Of a stretch of DNA of 42,193 nucleotides, positions 1-9,165 are shown in pieces. Under the pieces are notes generated by a model. That model worked only from the letters and a program-made list of their open reading frames with translations, did not search any database and was not told the origin of the DNA. The translations under genes and the position numbers were made by a program. Each line of letters starts with the position of its first letter. Positions within the stretch are counted from its first letter, which is position 1. Origin of the DNA: an uncultured bacterium. GTDB lineage: Bacteria > Krumholzibacteriota > Krumholzibacteriia > LZORAL124-64-63. Location of the stretch: assembly GCA_965371575.1 (NCBI GenBank), contig CBDUYZ010000002.1, positions 1 through 42,193 on the forward strand. The letters are read 5' to 3'.

Positions 1-116
1 ATGTGGGTCGGCGCCTTGGGGTCGATGTCCCGGAAAGCCAGGAACTTTTCATCGCTATGCACTTTCGTGCATGATATTTTTCCTGCGGCGATGTCGCAGA
101 ATAGGCAGGACCCCAT
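1..116 (-). CDS. HIT-family (histidine triad, HinT-like) protein, N-terminal fragment; the gene runs off the left edge
   Basis: Absent from the ORF track because it is open-ended. The reverse complement of 1..116 starts at ATG (116..114) and reads MGSCLFCDIAAGKISCTKVHSDEKFLAFRDIDPKAPTH. This matches the usual HIT N-terminus (C-x-F-C..I..G, LAF-DI-P-AP-H). Confidence 0.7.
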   Translation of the reverse strand, partial: MGSCLFCDIAAGKISCTKVHSDEKFLAFRDIDPKAPTH

Positions 117-212
117 CTGAATTCCTTTCCGGGTGGAACGTTTGGCCGATCCAGCAGCATATATTTCATGCGAGTTTAACATGATGTCGTCATCGGCAAC
201 AAGGAGGGTTTG

Positions 213-1184
213 ATGACCGGACTGGCGGGCACTGCTGGACACAGCATTCTGGTGGTTGGGTACAACGCCTTCGACGTGATCGTTCCCGTGCATGGTTTCC
301 CAATCCCCGACGAAAAGACCGAGGTTTCACGGGTGATCACAGGTGGCGGGGGCCCCGGCGCAACTGCGGCCCTGGCCCTGGCTGGGTTGGGGGCCGCGGT
401 GAAACTCATCACGCCTCTCACCGATGATGTTCCTGGGCGTCTCCAGCGCCAGGAACTCCTGGACGGGGGCGTGGATCTTTCCCTCAGTCCCACCGTTGTC
501 GGCCGGGAAAGCCCCCAGGCGGTCATTCTGGTTGATGAAGCCAGGGCCCAGCGGACCATATTCTGGTCCCGGGGGGATGTCCCTTTCCTTGAAGCCCGGC
601 ACGCGGCGCCGGAACTTCTCGACGGGGTGGATCTGCTCTACACCGACGGACACGAAGGAGAGGTTTCCATCCGGTTGGCCCGGGTGGCCCGCGAACGCGG
701 CCTGCCCGTGGTGATGGATGCCGGTTCGGTCAGAGCGGGGTCCGGTGAACTGGTGGCCTGCTGTACTGACGTGGTGAGTTCCCGCGGTTTCGCGCTCAGC
801 CTGACAGGTCATGCGGCCCCGCTCGACGCCTTGCGCGCCTTGCGGGACATGGGGCCGGCGCGAGTGGCGATGACCTTCGGGAGTGAAGGAGTCCTCGGCC
901 TTGAGAACGATCGCCCCCTCCCTGTGCCCGCCTTTGCCGTGCCGGTCAAGGACACCACCGGCGCCGGTGACGCCTTTCACGCGGGTTACGCCTTCGCCCT
1001 GACCAATGATCTGGAGTTCCGCGCCTGTCTGGATTGGGGTTGCGCAGTGGCTGGATTGAAATGTCGGGACTGGGGTGGGCGCCGGGGCCTACCGAACCTT
1101 GCTGAGGTTCTTGGGCTGCTTGAAAGCGGACAACGAAACCCCCTGAATGGCCTCCTGGCGCGGGTGGCCGGGTCCGGACCCTGA
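213..1184 (+). CDS. PfkB/ribokinase-family carbohydrate kinase
   Basis: ORF 210..1184. The ATG at 213 follows AAGGAGGG (201..208). It has the N-terminal ILVVGYNAFD, the GGGGPGATAA region and the C-terminal PfkB signature DTTGAGDAFHAGYAF. Substrate cannot be told from the sequence. Confidence 0.85.
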   Translation: MTGLAGTAGHSILVVGYNAFDVIVPVHGFPIPDEKTEVSRVITGGGGPGATAALALAGLGAAVKLITPLTDDVPGRLQRQELLDGGVDLSLSPTVVGRESPQAVILVDEARAQRTIFWSRGDVPFLEARHAAPELLDGVDLLYTDGHEGEVSIRLARVARERGLPVVMDAGSVRAGSGELVACCTDVVSSRGFALSLTGHAAPLDALRALRDMGPARVAMTFGSEGVLGLENDRPLPVPAFAVPVKDTTGAGDAFHAGYAFALTNDLEFRACLDWGCAVAGLKCRDWGGRRGLPNLAEVLGLLESGQRNPLNGLLARVAGSGP

Positions 1185-1338
1185 TGCCAACTGCGTGGCT
1201 CCCTTGTTCCTGGTCATCATGTTTTTCATGAATTTTCGCTGGACTTTCGCCAATTTTTCGTCGAATGTGATCCCTAGCAGGCTGTTGAACTGGCGGCAAT
1301 GTCGGGCCGCCACAGGTCACATTTCGCAGGAGGCGATC

Positions 1339-1950
1339 ATGGGTCTGACTCCGAGACAGGCGGAAATTCTCGCCTACATCGCCGAGTACAGTGAAATCAG
1401 GGGGTATGCCCCGACTCTTCAGGAGATCGGGGAAAGATTCGGACTGTCTTCGGTGGCGACCGTTCACAAGCACATCAGTCATCTGGTGGACAAGGGTTAT
1501 CTGCGGCATGAGAATCGGAACGCCAGCCGGGACCTGGAGGTGGTCGGCCAGGGAGGCGGATCGCGTGGCATGGCGCGCATTCCCTTGCTGGGGACCGTGG
1601 CGGCCGGCATGCCCATCGAGGCTCTTGAGGTTCAGGAGGAGATCAATCTGCCTGAGGAGTGGTTGGGCAAGGGACGTACTTTCGCCCTGCGGGTTCGTGG
1701 TGATTCCATGATCGATGAGCAGATCCGGGATGGCGATACGGTCGTGGTCGAAACTCGGGAAACCGCGCGGAACGGGGAAACCATAATCGCCCTGGTCGAT
1801 GGGGATTCCGTCACGGTAAAACAGTATTTTCGCGAGGGGGATCAGGTTAGGCTGCAACCCGCCAACCCAGCCGTTCCAGTGCTCATGGTGTCCGCTGACC
1901 GGGTACGGATTCAAGGCGTGGTCATCGGGGTCCTGCGCAGATTTTCCTGA
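1339..1950 (+). CDS. lexA: LexA repressor (S24 peptidase)
   Basis: Lies within ORF 1147..1950. The ATG at 1339 follows AGGAGG (1328..1333). Winged-HTH: MGLTPRQAEILAYIAEY..GYAPTLQEIGERFGLSSVATVHKHISHLVDKGYL. The VAAG self-cleavage site is present, as are the catalytic Ser in RGDSM and Lys in VTVKQY. Confidence 0.93.
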   Translation: MGLTPRQAEILAYIAEYSEIRGYAPTLQEIGERFGLSSVATVHKHISHLVDKGYLRHENRNASRDLEVVGQGGGSRGMARIPLLGTVAAGMPIEALEVQEEINLPEEWLGKGRTFALRVRGDSMIDEQIRDGDTVVVETRETARNGETIIALVDGDSVTVKQYFREGDQVRLQPANPAVPVLMVSADRVRIQGVVIGVLRRFS

Positions 1951-2111
1951 CGCCCTGAAAGATGTCCTGAGAAGGGGCTTGTCATGATGGCCTGGCCCAT
2001 TCCGCACCCTCGTCTGCAGGGGCGGGGTTTGGTTTGACGGTCGGGGTCCAGCACGGTAGCATACCCGTCGATCATGTATTAACGTTCCGGCAGGCACAGA
2101 TCGAGGCGAAT

Positions 2112-2546
2112 ATGAGCAAACGGGAAAGAACCGGCGATTTGGGGGAGATCTTCGAGATCCTGGTGACTTCCTACGCCCAGAAGGGCGGAGTCATTCCGGG
2201 TGAAAGCGATATGTGCTGGCGGCCGGCCACGGATGCCTACGAAACCGCTGAACACTTCATCGTACAGGTCGATCTGGCCGGTATGGATCCGGCGCAGATC
2301 GAAGTCCTGGCGGACAAGGAGAGTCTCGTCGTGAAGGGGATCCGTCAGGAATCATCCGTGCCGGGGAAGAAGCACTTCCACAAGATGGAGATCAACGTCG
2401 GTCCTTTTGTTCGCAAGGTGGCGATCACGGTGGATGTCGATCCGTCCAGCGCCACGGCCAAGTACCGGAGCGGATTTCTATACGTCACCTTCTGCCGGGG
2501 TTCCGGCTCCCTGGGGGACCGGCGGCAGATCACCATCGACCACTGA
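2112..2546 (+). CDS. Hsp20/alpha-crystallin small heat-shock protein
   Basis: Lies within ORF 2034..2546, starting at ATG 2112 (MSKRERTG). The alpha-crystallin domain pattern is WRPATDAYETAEHFIVQVDLAGMDPAQIEVLADKESLVVKGIR...FLYVTF. Confidence 0.85.
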   Translation: MSKRERTGDLGEIFEILVTSYAQKGGVIPGESDMCWRPATDAYETAEHFIVQVDLAGMDPAQIEVLADKESLVVKGIRQESSVPGKKHFHKMEINVGPFVRKVAITVDVDPSSATAKYRSGFLYVTFCRGSGSLGDRRQITIDH

Positions 2547-2631
2547 TTCCGGGCGGGCCGGAACCGGCAAAGGACACCGACAAGAAACGGCGCCGGATGC
2601 GCTCCCAATATCTGGAAGGAGTTGGAACTAC

Positions 2632-5013
2632 ATGGCGGACAACGATCAGGATCTCATGAACCTGGATCACACAGAGGAAGTATTGCTGCCTCGGGAAATA
2701 CCCATCCTGCCCATCAGCGAGGCCGTCATCTTCCCGGCCATGATGGTACCTCTGGTTCTGAGCGATGCCAACCTGGTCAAGTTGGCGGACGATTGCCTGG
2801 CCGGGGATAAAATCCTGGGGGCCTTCTCCCAACGCGACATCACCGACGACGACCAGGAAGAGGTGGACGACCAGGATCTCATCTACCAGGTGGGAACCGC
2901 CGTCAAGATCCAGAAGATGCTGCGCTTCCCCGACGGCAGTATGAGGCTTCTCGGGCAGGGCATCGCCCGCTGTCGAATCAAGAAGTTCGTCTCGTCCGAT
3001 CCCTATATGTTGGCCAGTGTCAAATTGATCGAAGAGGACATCCAGGACGATTCCCGGACCCTGGCCTACATGCGGGGCGTGGCCAACAACTTCATGAAGA
3101 TCGTCGACGCCAGCGAAATCTTTTCCGAGGAACTCAAGGTCGTCGTGATGAACATCGACGACCCGGGACGCCTAGCCGATCTGATCGCCACCAACCTGGA
3201 TATCGAGGTCGCCGAGAAACAGAAGATGTTGGAAGAGAAGTCCCCCCGTAAGAGGCTGCAGATGCTGGCCAAGGTCGTGATGCGGGAGCTGGACGTTCTG
3301 GAACTGGGTCAGAAACTCCAGACCCGGGTGCGTAAATCCATCGACAAGGACCAGCGTGAATACTACCTGCGCCAGCAACTGAAGGCCATCCAACGTGAAC
3401 TGGGCGAGGTCGACGAGGGCTCCGTCGAACTCGATGAACTGCGGGAACAGATTGCAGCGGCGGATTTTCCAGAAAAGGTGCAGGTGGCTGCGGAGCGCGA
3501 ACTGGACCGCCTCGGCCGGATGTCCCCGGGCGCCAGCGAGTACACCGTCAGCAAGACGTACCTGGACTGGCTGCTCGATCTGCCGTGGAACGTGAGCAGT
3601 GATGACAAGCTGAACTTGAAGCGGGCCGAGACGATTCTCGAGCGCGATCACTACGGTCTCGAAGACGTCAAGGAGCGGATCATCCAGTATCTGGCCGTCC
3701 GCAAACTGAAGGACAACCACCGGGGACCGATCCTTTGTCTGGCCGGGCCTCCTGGCGTCGGCAAGACCTCTCTGGGCCGCAGCATCGCGGAAGCCGTGGG
3801 ACGGAAATTTTTCCGATTTTCCCTGGGCGGCATGCGAGACGAGGCGGAAATTCGCGGCCACCGTCGCACCTACGTGGGGTCGATGCCAGGCCGGATAATC
3901 AACGGCATCAAGGAGTGTGGCACCAACAACCCGGTGTTCATGCTGGACGAGATCGACAAGCTGGGGCAGGACTTTCGCGGGGATCCGGCCAGCGCCCTGC
4001 TGGAGGTCCTGGACCCGGAACAGAACTCCGATTTCACCGACCACTACCTCAACCTGGAGTTCGACCTTTCCAATGTCATGTTCATTACCACGGCCAATAT
4101 GCTTGACACCATTCCGCGGGCGCTGCTGGACCGGATGGAAGTCATTCAGCTGCCGGGCTACACGAACCTGGAGAAACTTCAGATCGCCAAGCGGTATCTC
4201 ATGCCCCGACAGATCGAGGAGAACGGCCTGACTGGTAAATTCATCCGCTTCACCGAGGCCGGTCTGATGGGCATCGTTGAGGACCATACCCGTGAGGCCG
4301 GGGTGCGGAACCTTGAGAGGGAGATCGGCACCGTCTGCCGCAAGGTCGCCACGGACGTGGCCAGGGGTAAGAAGAAGCGGCAGGTCATCGGCGCCAACAA
4401 CCTCGAGGACTACCTGGGCTCGCCCAGCTATTCGGGCGACCGCCTGCGTCGGCGCCTGAAGGTGGGCGTGGTGACCGGGCTGGCCTGGACGCAGGTCGGC
4501 GGGCGTATCCTCTACATCGAGGGTCTGTCCATGCCCGGCGGACGCGGCCAGTTGCGCTTGACCGGGCAGGTGGGCAGCGTGATGCAGGAATCCGCCAGCG
4601 CTGCTTACAGCTACCTGCGCAACCGCTTCGGAGAACGGAAGGAATACGAGAAATTTTTCACCGGGCGGGATATCCACATCCATTTGCCCGCCGGGGCCGT
4701 TCCCAAGGATGGGCCCAGCGCGGGCATCGCCATGGCGTCAGTGCTTTTGTCGCTGTTGGTGGGCAAACCGGTGGACCGTCGGACCGCCATGACCGGAGAG
4801 ATGACTTTGACTGGGGCTATACTGCCCATAGGCGGATTGCTGGAGAAGGTATTGGCTGCCCATCGGGTGGGGATCCGCAGGATCATCATTCCGGAAGCCA
4901 ATGAGCCTGACCTGGAGGACATTCCTGAAGAGGTGAGAGAAGAGATAGAATTTGTTCCCGTTGCCCACGTGGACGAGGTGTGGGAAACCATTTTTCCGGA
5001 TATCCTGAATTGA
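2632..5013 (+). CDS. lon: ATP-dependent Lon protease (LonA type)
   Basis: Lies within ORF 2407..5013. The ATG at 2632 (MADNDQD) follows GGAAGGAG. The Lon N-domain has IPILPISEAVIFPAMMVPLVL. Walker A is GPPGVGKTS and Walker B is VFMLDEIDK. The protease Ser is in PKDGPSAGIAM and the Lys is in GGLLEKVLAA. Confidence 0.96.
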   Translation: MADNDQDLMNLDHTEEVLLPREIPILPISEAVIFPAMMVPLVLSDANLVKLADDCLAGDKILGAFSQRDITDDDQEEVDDQDLIYQVGTAVKIQKMLRFPDGSMRLLGQGIARCRIKKFVSSDPYMLASVKLIEEDIQDDSRTLAYMRGVANNFMKIVDASEIFSEELKVVVMNIDDPGRLADLIATNLDIEVAEKQKMLEEKSPRKRLQMLAKVVMRELDVLELGQKLQTRVRKSIDKDQREYYLRQQLKAIQRELGEVDEGSVELDELREQIAAADFPEKVQVAAERELDRLGRMSPGASEYTVSKTYLDWLLDLPWNVSSDDKLNLKRAETILERDHYGLEDVKERIIQYLAVRKLKDNHRGPILCLAGPPGVGKTSLGRSIAEAVGRKFFRFSLGGMRDEAEIRGHRRTYVGSMPGRIINGIKECGTNNPVFMLDEIDKLGQDFRGDPASALLEVLDPEQNSDFTDHYLNLEFDLSNVMFITTANMLDTIPRALLDRMEVIQLPGYTNLEKLQIAKRYLMPRQIEENGLTGKFIRFTEAGLMGIVEDHTREAGVRNLEREIGTVCRKVATDVARGKKKRQVIGANNLEDYLGSPSYSGDRLRRRLKVGVVTGLAWTQVGGRILYIEGLSMPGGRGQLRLTGQVGSVMQESASAAYSYLRNRFGERKEYEKFFTGRDIHIHLPAGAVPKDGPSAGIAMASVLLSLLVGKPVDRRTAMTGEMTLTGAILPIGGLLEKVLAAHRVGIRRIIIPEANEPDLEDIPEEVREEIEFVPVAHVDEVWETIFPDILN

Positions 5014-5059
5014 ACCAGCGGGGTGGCAGAGTCTCCCGAGCCGGCCCCGACTCAGCCCT

Positions 5060-6259
5060 GTGAGGCATTCCTTGGCCGAGCACAAGATCATCAGCGCCTT
5101 GATGCGCCCTTTCTTCAACAAGGGGGAGGCGGCGTCATTCACCCTGCCCAGGGCTTTGACCGACACTTCTCGGATCCTGTGCATCGACTGCGGTGACCTG
5201 AGTGATTTCCTCTTCCATGTTCCCCTATTGACGGCCATCCGGCACCGCTACCCCGGTTCCAAGATGGATTTCCTGGTTCCCGAGAAACACGCGCCCTTGG
5301 TGATTCCCAGCGGACTGGCCCGCCAATGCATGATTTACAAGGAGGGGCAACTCAATCCCTGGCGTCCTGCCTTCGCCGCCCTGTTGCGGAAATTGGGATC
5401 AGGCAAATACGACATGGCCGTGATCATGTCTTATTCCCCCCAGCCGAGGCTTGAGCTGGCGGCGCTGGCCAGCGGTGCGTCTCTGCGATTCGGTCCTTCT
5501 CACAAGGACGCATGGCCCGGCGTGAATTTCGAGCTGCGGATCGGCGAGAACAACGACGGCTACCGTGGCGACCGGTTGAAGTCAGCCGCGCCTTTCCTGG
5601 GTTTCGAACCCGAGGAATTTATTTCCCGCTGGCCCCTGCCCCTGGAGAAGCTCCGTCAGATGACCCAGCAGGTCCATTTTCACAAGCCCAATCCCGACCA
5701 GATGCTGGTCGGTGTCGATCCGGGTGTCGGCAAGACGGGCCATGTCTTCGCCATGGAAAACATCCAGTTCCTGATCAGGCAGTTGTCCAGCCAGTTGACG
5801 TGCAAGATCCTGCCTTTGGGCGACCCCGCGGCCAACGGCCGCCTGCAGAAATTCGAAGCCAGCCTTTCTGAGGTCCCGGTCGGTCTGCAGCGGGACACGA
5901 TTCTGGAAATGATCCTGTTGCTGGCCCAGTGCGACCTCTTCGTCTCCGGGAACACTGATTTCTTCCATTTTGCCGTGGCGCAGGGAGTACCCGCGATCGG
6001 TATTTTTTCCAAGGCGGATGGACCCCAGTGGATGCCTCGTGGACGGCCACGGGCCAGGGTCATACCGGTCACCAAGGGAGAAAAGGTAGATATCGAGACT
6101 CTCATGGAGGCCGTTGAGGCGGTGACCCAGGGCCGGACCAGTATGGCCTCAACCGTGATAACCACGCCCCTGCCCCGCAGCGTCGGGTCGTCTGGATCCG
6201 AACCCGGCTCCGTGCCGGGGCCCGGGGCTCCCCCTGGTGATCCGTCCAGCCATGAATAA
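5060..6259 (+). CDS. GT9-family glycosyltransferase (heptosyltransferase-like), divergent paralog 1
   Basis: GTG start at 5060 (the alternative ATG at 5102 is possible). N-terminal RILCIDCGDLSDFLFHVPLLTAIRHRYP resembles the GT9 ILIIR-x-LGD motif. C-terminal LLAQCDLFVSGNTDFFHFAVAQGVPAIGIF stands in place of the usual GNDSG-xx-HLAAA. It has a low-complexity Pro/Ser/Gly tail. Confidence 0.75.
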   Translation: MRHSLAEHKIISALMRPFFNKGEAASFTLPRALTDTSRILCIDCGDLSDFLFHVPLLTAIRHRYPGSKMDFLVPEKHAPLVIPSGLARQCMIYKEGQLNPWRPAFAALLRKLGSGKYDMAVIMSYSPQPRLELAALASGASLRFGPSHKDAWPGVNFELRIGENNDGYRGDRLKSAAPFLGFEPEEFISRWPLPLEKLRQMTQQVHFHKPNPDQMLVGVDPGVGKTGHVFAMENIQFLIRQLSSQLTCKILPLGDPAANGRLQKFEASLSEVPVGLQRDTILEMILLLAQCDLFVSGNTDFFHFAVAQGVPAIGIFSKADGPQWMPRGRPRARVIPVTKGEKVDIETLMEAVEAVTQGRTSMASTVITTPLPRSVGSSGSEPGSVPGPGAPPGDPSSHE

Positions 6260-7379
6260 TCCTCCGGGGCCTCGTTCCGGTTTGCGGTTGCTGGTCCTGG
6301 CACCCAACTGGCTGGGTGACGTGGTCATGCATACGCCCCTGCTGTCCCTTCTCCATGAGCACAGGAATTTCATCGTGACGGCAGTCGGCCGCCCGGTCGC
6401 CATTCATTTGGGTGTGCGGAGGGCCTGGGAGGGTTTGTTTCGCGACGATCCGCGGATCGATGAACTGATTGTCCTGGAACGCAACCGCCGACACCAGGGG
6501 GTGTGGGGAACTTATCGACTGGCGGCCCTCATGCGGCGAGGGGGCTACGACGCCGTCATCCTGGGGCCACCGTCCCTGCGGACGGGCCTGGCTGCCTGGC
6601 TGGCCCGTATTCCCTGCCGGGTGGGATACCGCTCCGACGGCCGCTCTCCATTTCTCACGGAGGGTCTTGCACCCGTGCCCCGGGGTAGCCTGCACTTTTC
6701 CCGTGAGATGATCGGCCTGGGGCAGGCCTGGCTGGAAACACTGGGGTCGGGACACATGGCTACCCTGGATAAGGAATGGCCGGCGACACTGCCGGGTTGC
6801 GACTCTCTGCCTGCGATGGATCCGGGCACCGGCCCTCCGGTCTGGGCTGTGGCTCCCGGCACTACCTACGGGGAGGCTAAGACGTGGCCAATCACTCGTC
6901 TGGGCGATTTCCTCGAACTTGCGATCAGTGAAGCGGAGGTCCGGATAGTCCTGCTGGGGGATGAGGCGGCCCGGGGGGCAACTCTCCATTTGCGGGAGAG
7001 ATTCAAAGGTTACTGGAGCGAGGAACCGCAGAGCGAAGCCGTCATGTTGGACCTGACCGGACAGACCGATCTGCGCGCCGCTGCTGGAATTCTCAAATCA
7101 TCCGCAGCGTTCATTGGTAATGACAGTGGCCTCATGCATCTGGCAGCCGCCCTGGATCGCCCGACGGTCGGGATTTTCGGGTCTTCCAATCCGGTCTGGA
7201 CCGCACCGTTGGGTCGTCATACCCGGGTCGTCGTCCCGACGGGATTTTCCTGTCGTCCCTGCTATCGCAAAACCTGCAACCAAACGGAATTCTGTCTGGA
7301 CACCGTGACAGGGGAAACGGTTTTGTCTGCCGTACTGGACCTGGTCGACGGCGCCCAGGTCCTGCGGGAGGAATCCTGA
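6252..7379 (+). CDS. GT9 ADP-heptose:LPS heptosyltransferase (WaaF/RfaF-like), paralog 2
   Basis: Lies within ORF 6237..7379. The ATG at 6252 overlaps the upstream TAA (6257..6259); the GTG at 6237 is also possible. Motifs: LRLLVLAPNWLGDVVMHTPLL, FIGNDSGLMHLAAALDRPTVGIFGSSNP, and a C-terminal Cys cluster CRPCYRKTCNQTEFC. Confidence 0.88.
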   Translation: MNNPPGPRSGLRLLVLAPNWLGDVVMHTPLLSLLHEHRNFIVTAVGRPVAIHLGVRRAWEGLFRDDPRIDELIVLERNRRHQGVWGTYRLAALMRRGGYDAVILGPPSLRTGLAAWLARIPCRVGYRSDGRSPFLTEGLAPVPRGSLHFSREMIGLGQAWLETLGSGHMATLDKEWPATLPGCDSLPAMDPGTGPPVWAVAPGTTYGEAKTWPITRLGDFLELAISEAEVRIVLLGDEAARGATLHLRERFKGYWSEEPQSEAVMLDLTGQTDLRAAAGILKSSAAFIGNDSGLMHLAAALDRPTVGIFGSSNPVWTAPLGRHTRVVVPTGFSCRPCYRKTCNQTEFCLDTVTGETVLSAVLDLVDGAQVLREES

Positions 7380-7990
7380 TGGCTGTCTGGAAGCCCTGCC
7401 ACCCAGCCGACCCCGCACACGAAGGCCCGGCCCTGTTCCTGGACCGGGATGGGGTGGTGATCGTCGATCGAGGCTATCTGAGTGATCCGGAGCAGGTCGA
7501 ACTCCTGCCCGGAGTGGCCGAGACCATGTGTGCGGCGACCGACGCCGGGTACCTTCTCATCGGGGTATCCAATCAATCCGGGCTCGGGAGGGGCCGCTTC
7601 ACCGCGGAGGACCTGACCCGGGTCATGGTTCGGGTCGATGAGCACCTGGCCAGGGCAGGAACTGGTTTCGACGGATTCTATTACTGTCCCCACGCCCCGC
7701 AGGAAGCGTGCGGTTGCCGCAAACCGGCGGCCGGCCTGTTTGACGAGGCCGGCAAATCCTGCCGTTGGGACCCCGCCAGGAGTTGGGTCGTGGGGGACAA
7801 GGCCAGCGATGTCGCCTTCGGCCGGAACAGCGGCTTGGGCGCCGTTCTGGTGCGGACAGGCTACGGCACCGATCACCAGGACGAGGTAAAGCGGCAGTGG
7901 GAGAATGATTCCAGGGTTCTTGTCGCCGACGATCTGCCCGCCGCTTTTGCCGCCATACGGCGGGCCGATCAGGATGGTCCGGGCCGGTGA
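7379..7990 (+). CDS. gmhB: D-glycero-D-manno-heptose 1,7-bisphosphate phosphatase (HAD-IIIA)
   Basis: The ATG at 7379 overlaps the upstream TGA by 1 nt. HAD motif I is FLDRDGVV. Other motifs are VSNQSGLGRG, the GmhB Zn-loop YYCPHAPQEACGCRKP, and VVGDKASDV. Confidence 0.9.
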   Translation: MAVWKPCHPADPAHEGPALFLDRDGVVIVDRGYLSDPEQVELLPGVAETMCAATDAGYLLIGVSNQSGLGRGRFTAEDLTRVMVRVDEHLARAGTGFDGFYYCPHAPQEACGCRKPAAGLFDEAGKSCRWDPARSWVVGDKASDVAFGRNSGLGAVLVRTGYGTDHQDEVKRQWENDSRVLVADDLPAAFAAIRRADQDGPGR

Positions 7991-9165
7991 GTTGGGCGCT
8001 TGATGGCAGACCTATCCGTTCTGTACTCCTGACCAGGCTCAGGTATCTCGGGGACATCGTGATGTCCACCGTGCTGATCGAGGTTTTGCGCCGGGGTGAC
8101 CCGGACTTGAGGATCGGTTACCTGTGCGAGGATGATCATGCGTCCGTTCTTGCCGGACATCCCGGCATCGACCGCTTGCATAGTCTTCGTGTGGCCCGGA
8201 TGGGTGGCGATGCGAAGGTCCGCGTTGGCCGGATGGTCCGGTCGCCGGCCTCCCGTTCGACCCTGGAGACCATTCGCGATTTGCGTAGGGCCTCCTATGA
8301 TCTGGCCGTCGACTTGTTTTTCAATCCTCGTAGTGCCTGGCTGTTGAAACTGGCGGGGATCCCCCTGCGCATCGGTGGAACCAGAAAATGGCGGGGTCGA
8401 CTCTATACCCAGCAGGTGCTGCGGGAAGAGGTCTCGGCAGAACATTCCGACTTCAACCGGAGTGTACGCGGCGGACTGGGCGAGCATCTCTGCCGTCTGG
8501 CACCCCTGACACATGTGGAATCTGGACTAGGTTTCGCCGCCTGGTTGCCCACTCAATTCTCTAGGGATGATCTGAAGCCTCGCCTGGCCCCACCTGAAAA
8601 CGGGTCTCTGGCGAGGGAGTGTTTGGCCACCCTGGGAATCGACCCGGGCAAACCCTATCTGCTGCTGGCGCCTTGCGCCACTTGGCCCAGCAAGGAATGG
8701 CCCGCGGATCGTTGGAATGAATTGGTCCCGCAGCTCCTGGAACGGACGGATCTTCCCCTGGTGGTTCTTGTGGCTCCCGGCAGGGAATCCGCCTGGGTGG
8801 GGCTCGCGGCACGGATTCCACGGGACAGGGGCGGTGTGCTACCCGCTTTGTCTCTAGCGGAGGCGTTGGCGGTGACGTGTTCTGCCCGCGCTTTGCTCAC
8901 CGCCGACGGAGGCATCATGCATGCCGCCGTCGGGCTGGGTGTGCCAACGCTGGCGCTGTTTGGTCCCACCGATCCGGATATCTGGTTTCCCTATGCCGCC
9001 TCCGGCCCTTACAGGGTCCTGGCCCTGGCTCCGTATTGTCATCCCTGTGACCTGCATGAGTGCCCGGCCTTCATCTGTCTGCCGGATCTAGAACCCGCCG
9101 CGGTTTGGGAAGCATTGGATTCCCTGCTGGGCGAACCTCTCCCACAACAGGAGAGATGGCCGTGA
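7987..9165 (+). CDS. GT9-family glycosyltransferase (heptosyltransferase-like), paralog 3
   Basis: The GTG at 7987 forms a GTGA overlap with the gmhB stop. Motifs: VLLTRLRYLGDIVMSTVLIEVL, DGGIMHAAVGLGVPTLALFGPTDP, and Cys cluster CHPCDLHECPAFIC. Confidence 0.85.
   Translation: MSWALDGRPIRSVLLTRLRYLGDIVMSTVLIEVLRRGDPDLRIGYLCEDDHASVLAGHPGIDRLHSLRVARMGGDAKVRVGRMVRSPASRSTLETIRDLRRASYDLAVDLFFNPRSAWLLKLAGIPLRIGGTRKWRGRLYTQQVLREEVSAEHSDFNRSVRGGLGEHLCRLAPLTHVESGLGFAAWLPTQFSRDDLKPRLAPPENGSLARECLATLGIDPGKPYLLLAPCATWPSKEWPADRWNELVPQLLERTDLPLVVLVAPGRESAWVGLAARIPRDRGGVLPALSLAEALAVTCSARALLTADGGIMHAAVGLGVPTLALFGPTDPDIWFPYAASGPYRVLALAPYCHPCDLHECPAFICLPDLEPAAVWEALDSLLGEPLPQQERWP

Noticed and set aside
1147-1338. 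N-terminal extensions offered by the ORF track for lexA, and similarly for lon (2407..2631), hsp20 (2034..2111), aroQ (16931..17296), accB (18282..18452), rimO (23932..24249), bamD (26490..26612), lysS (32505..32714), lolD (35446..35568) and clpC (38121..38198).
   Set aside because: The extensions overlap upstream genes or translate to non-homologous, Arg-rich sequence. Internal starts with Shine-Dalgarno-like motifs give N-termini that match the respective families.
1978-2003. Sigma-32-like heat-shock promoter upstream of hsp20 (CTTGTCA ... GCCCATTCC).
   Set aside because: The spacer between the two elements is about 10-12 nt, against about 13-15 nt in the E. coli consensus as I recall it. 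The site also lies more than 100 nt from the start codon. The resemblance is too weak to call.
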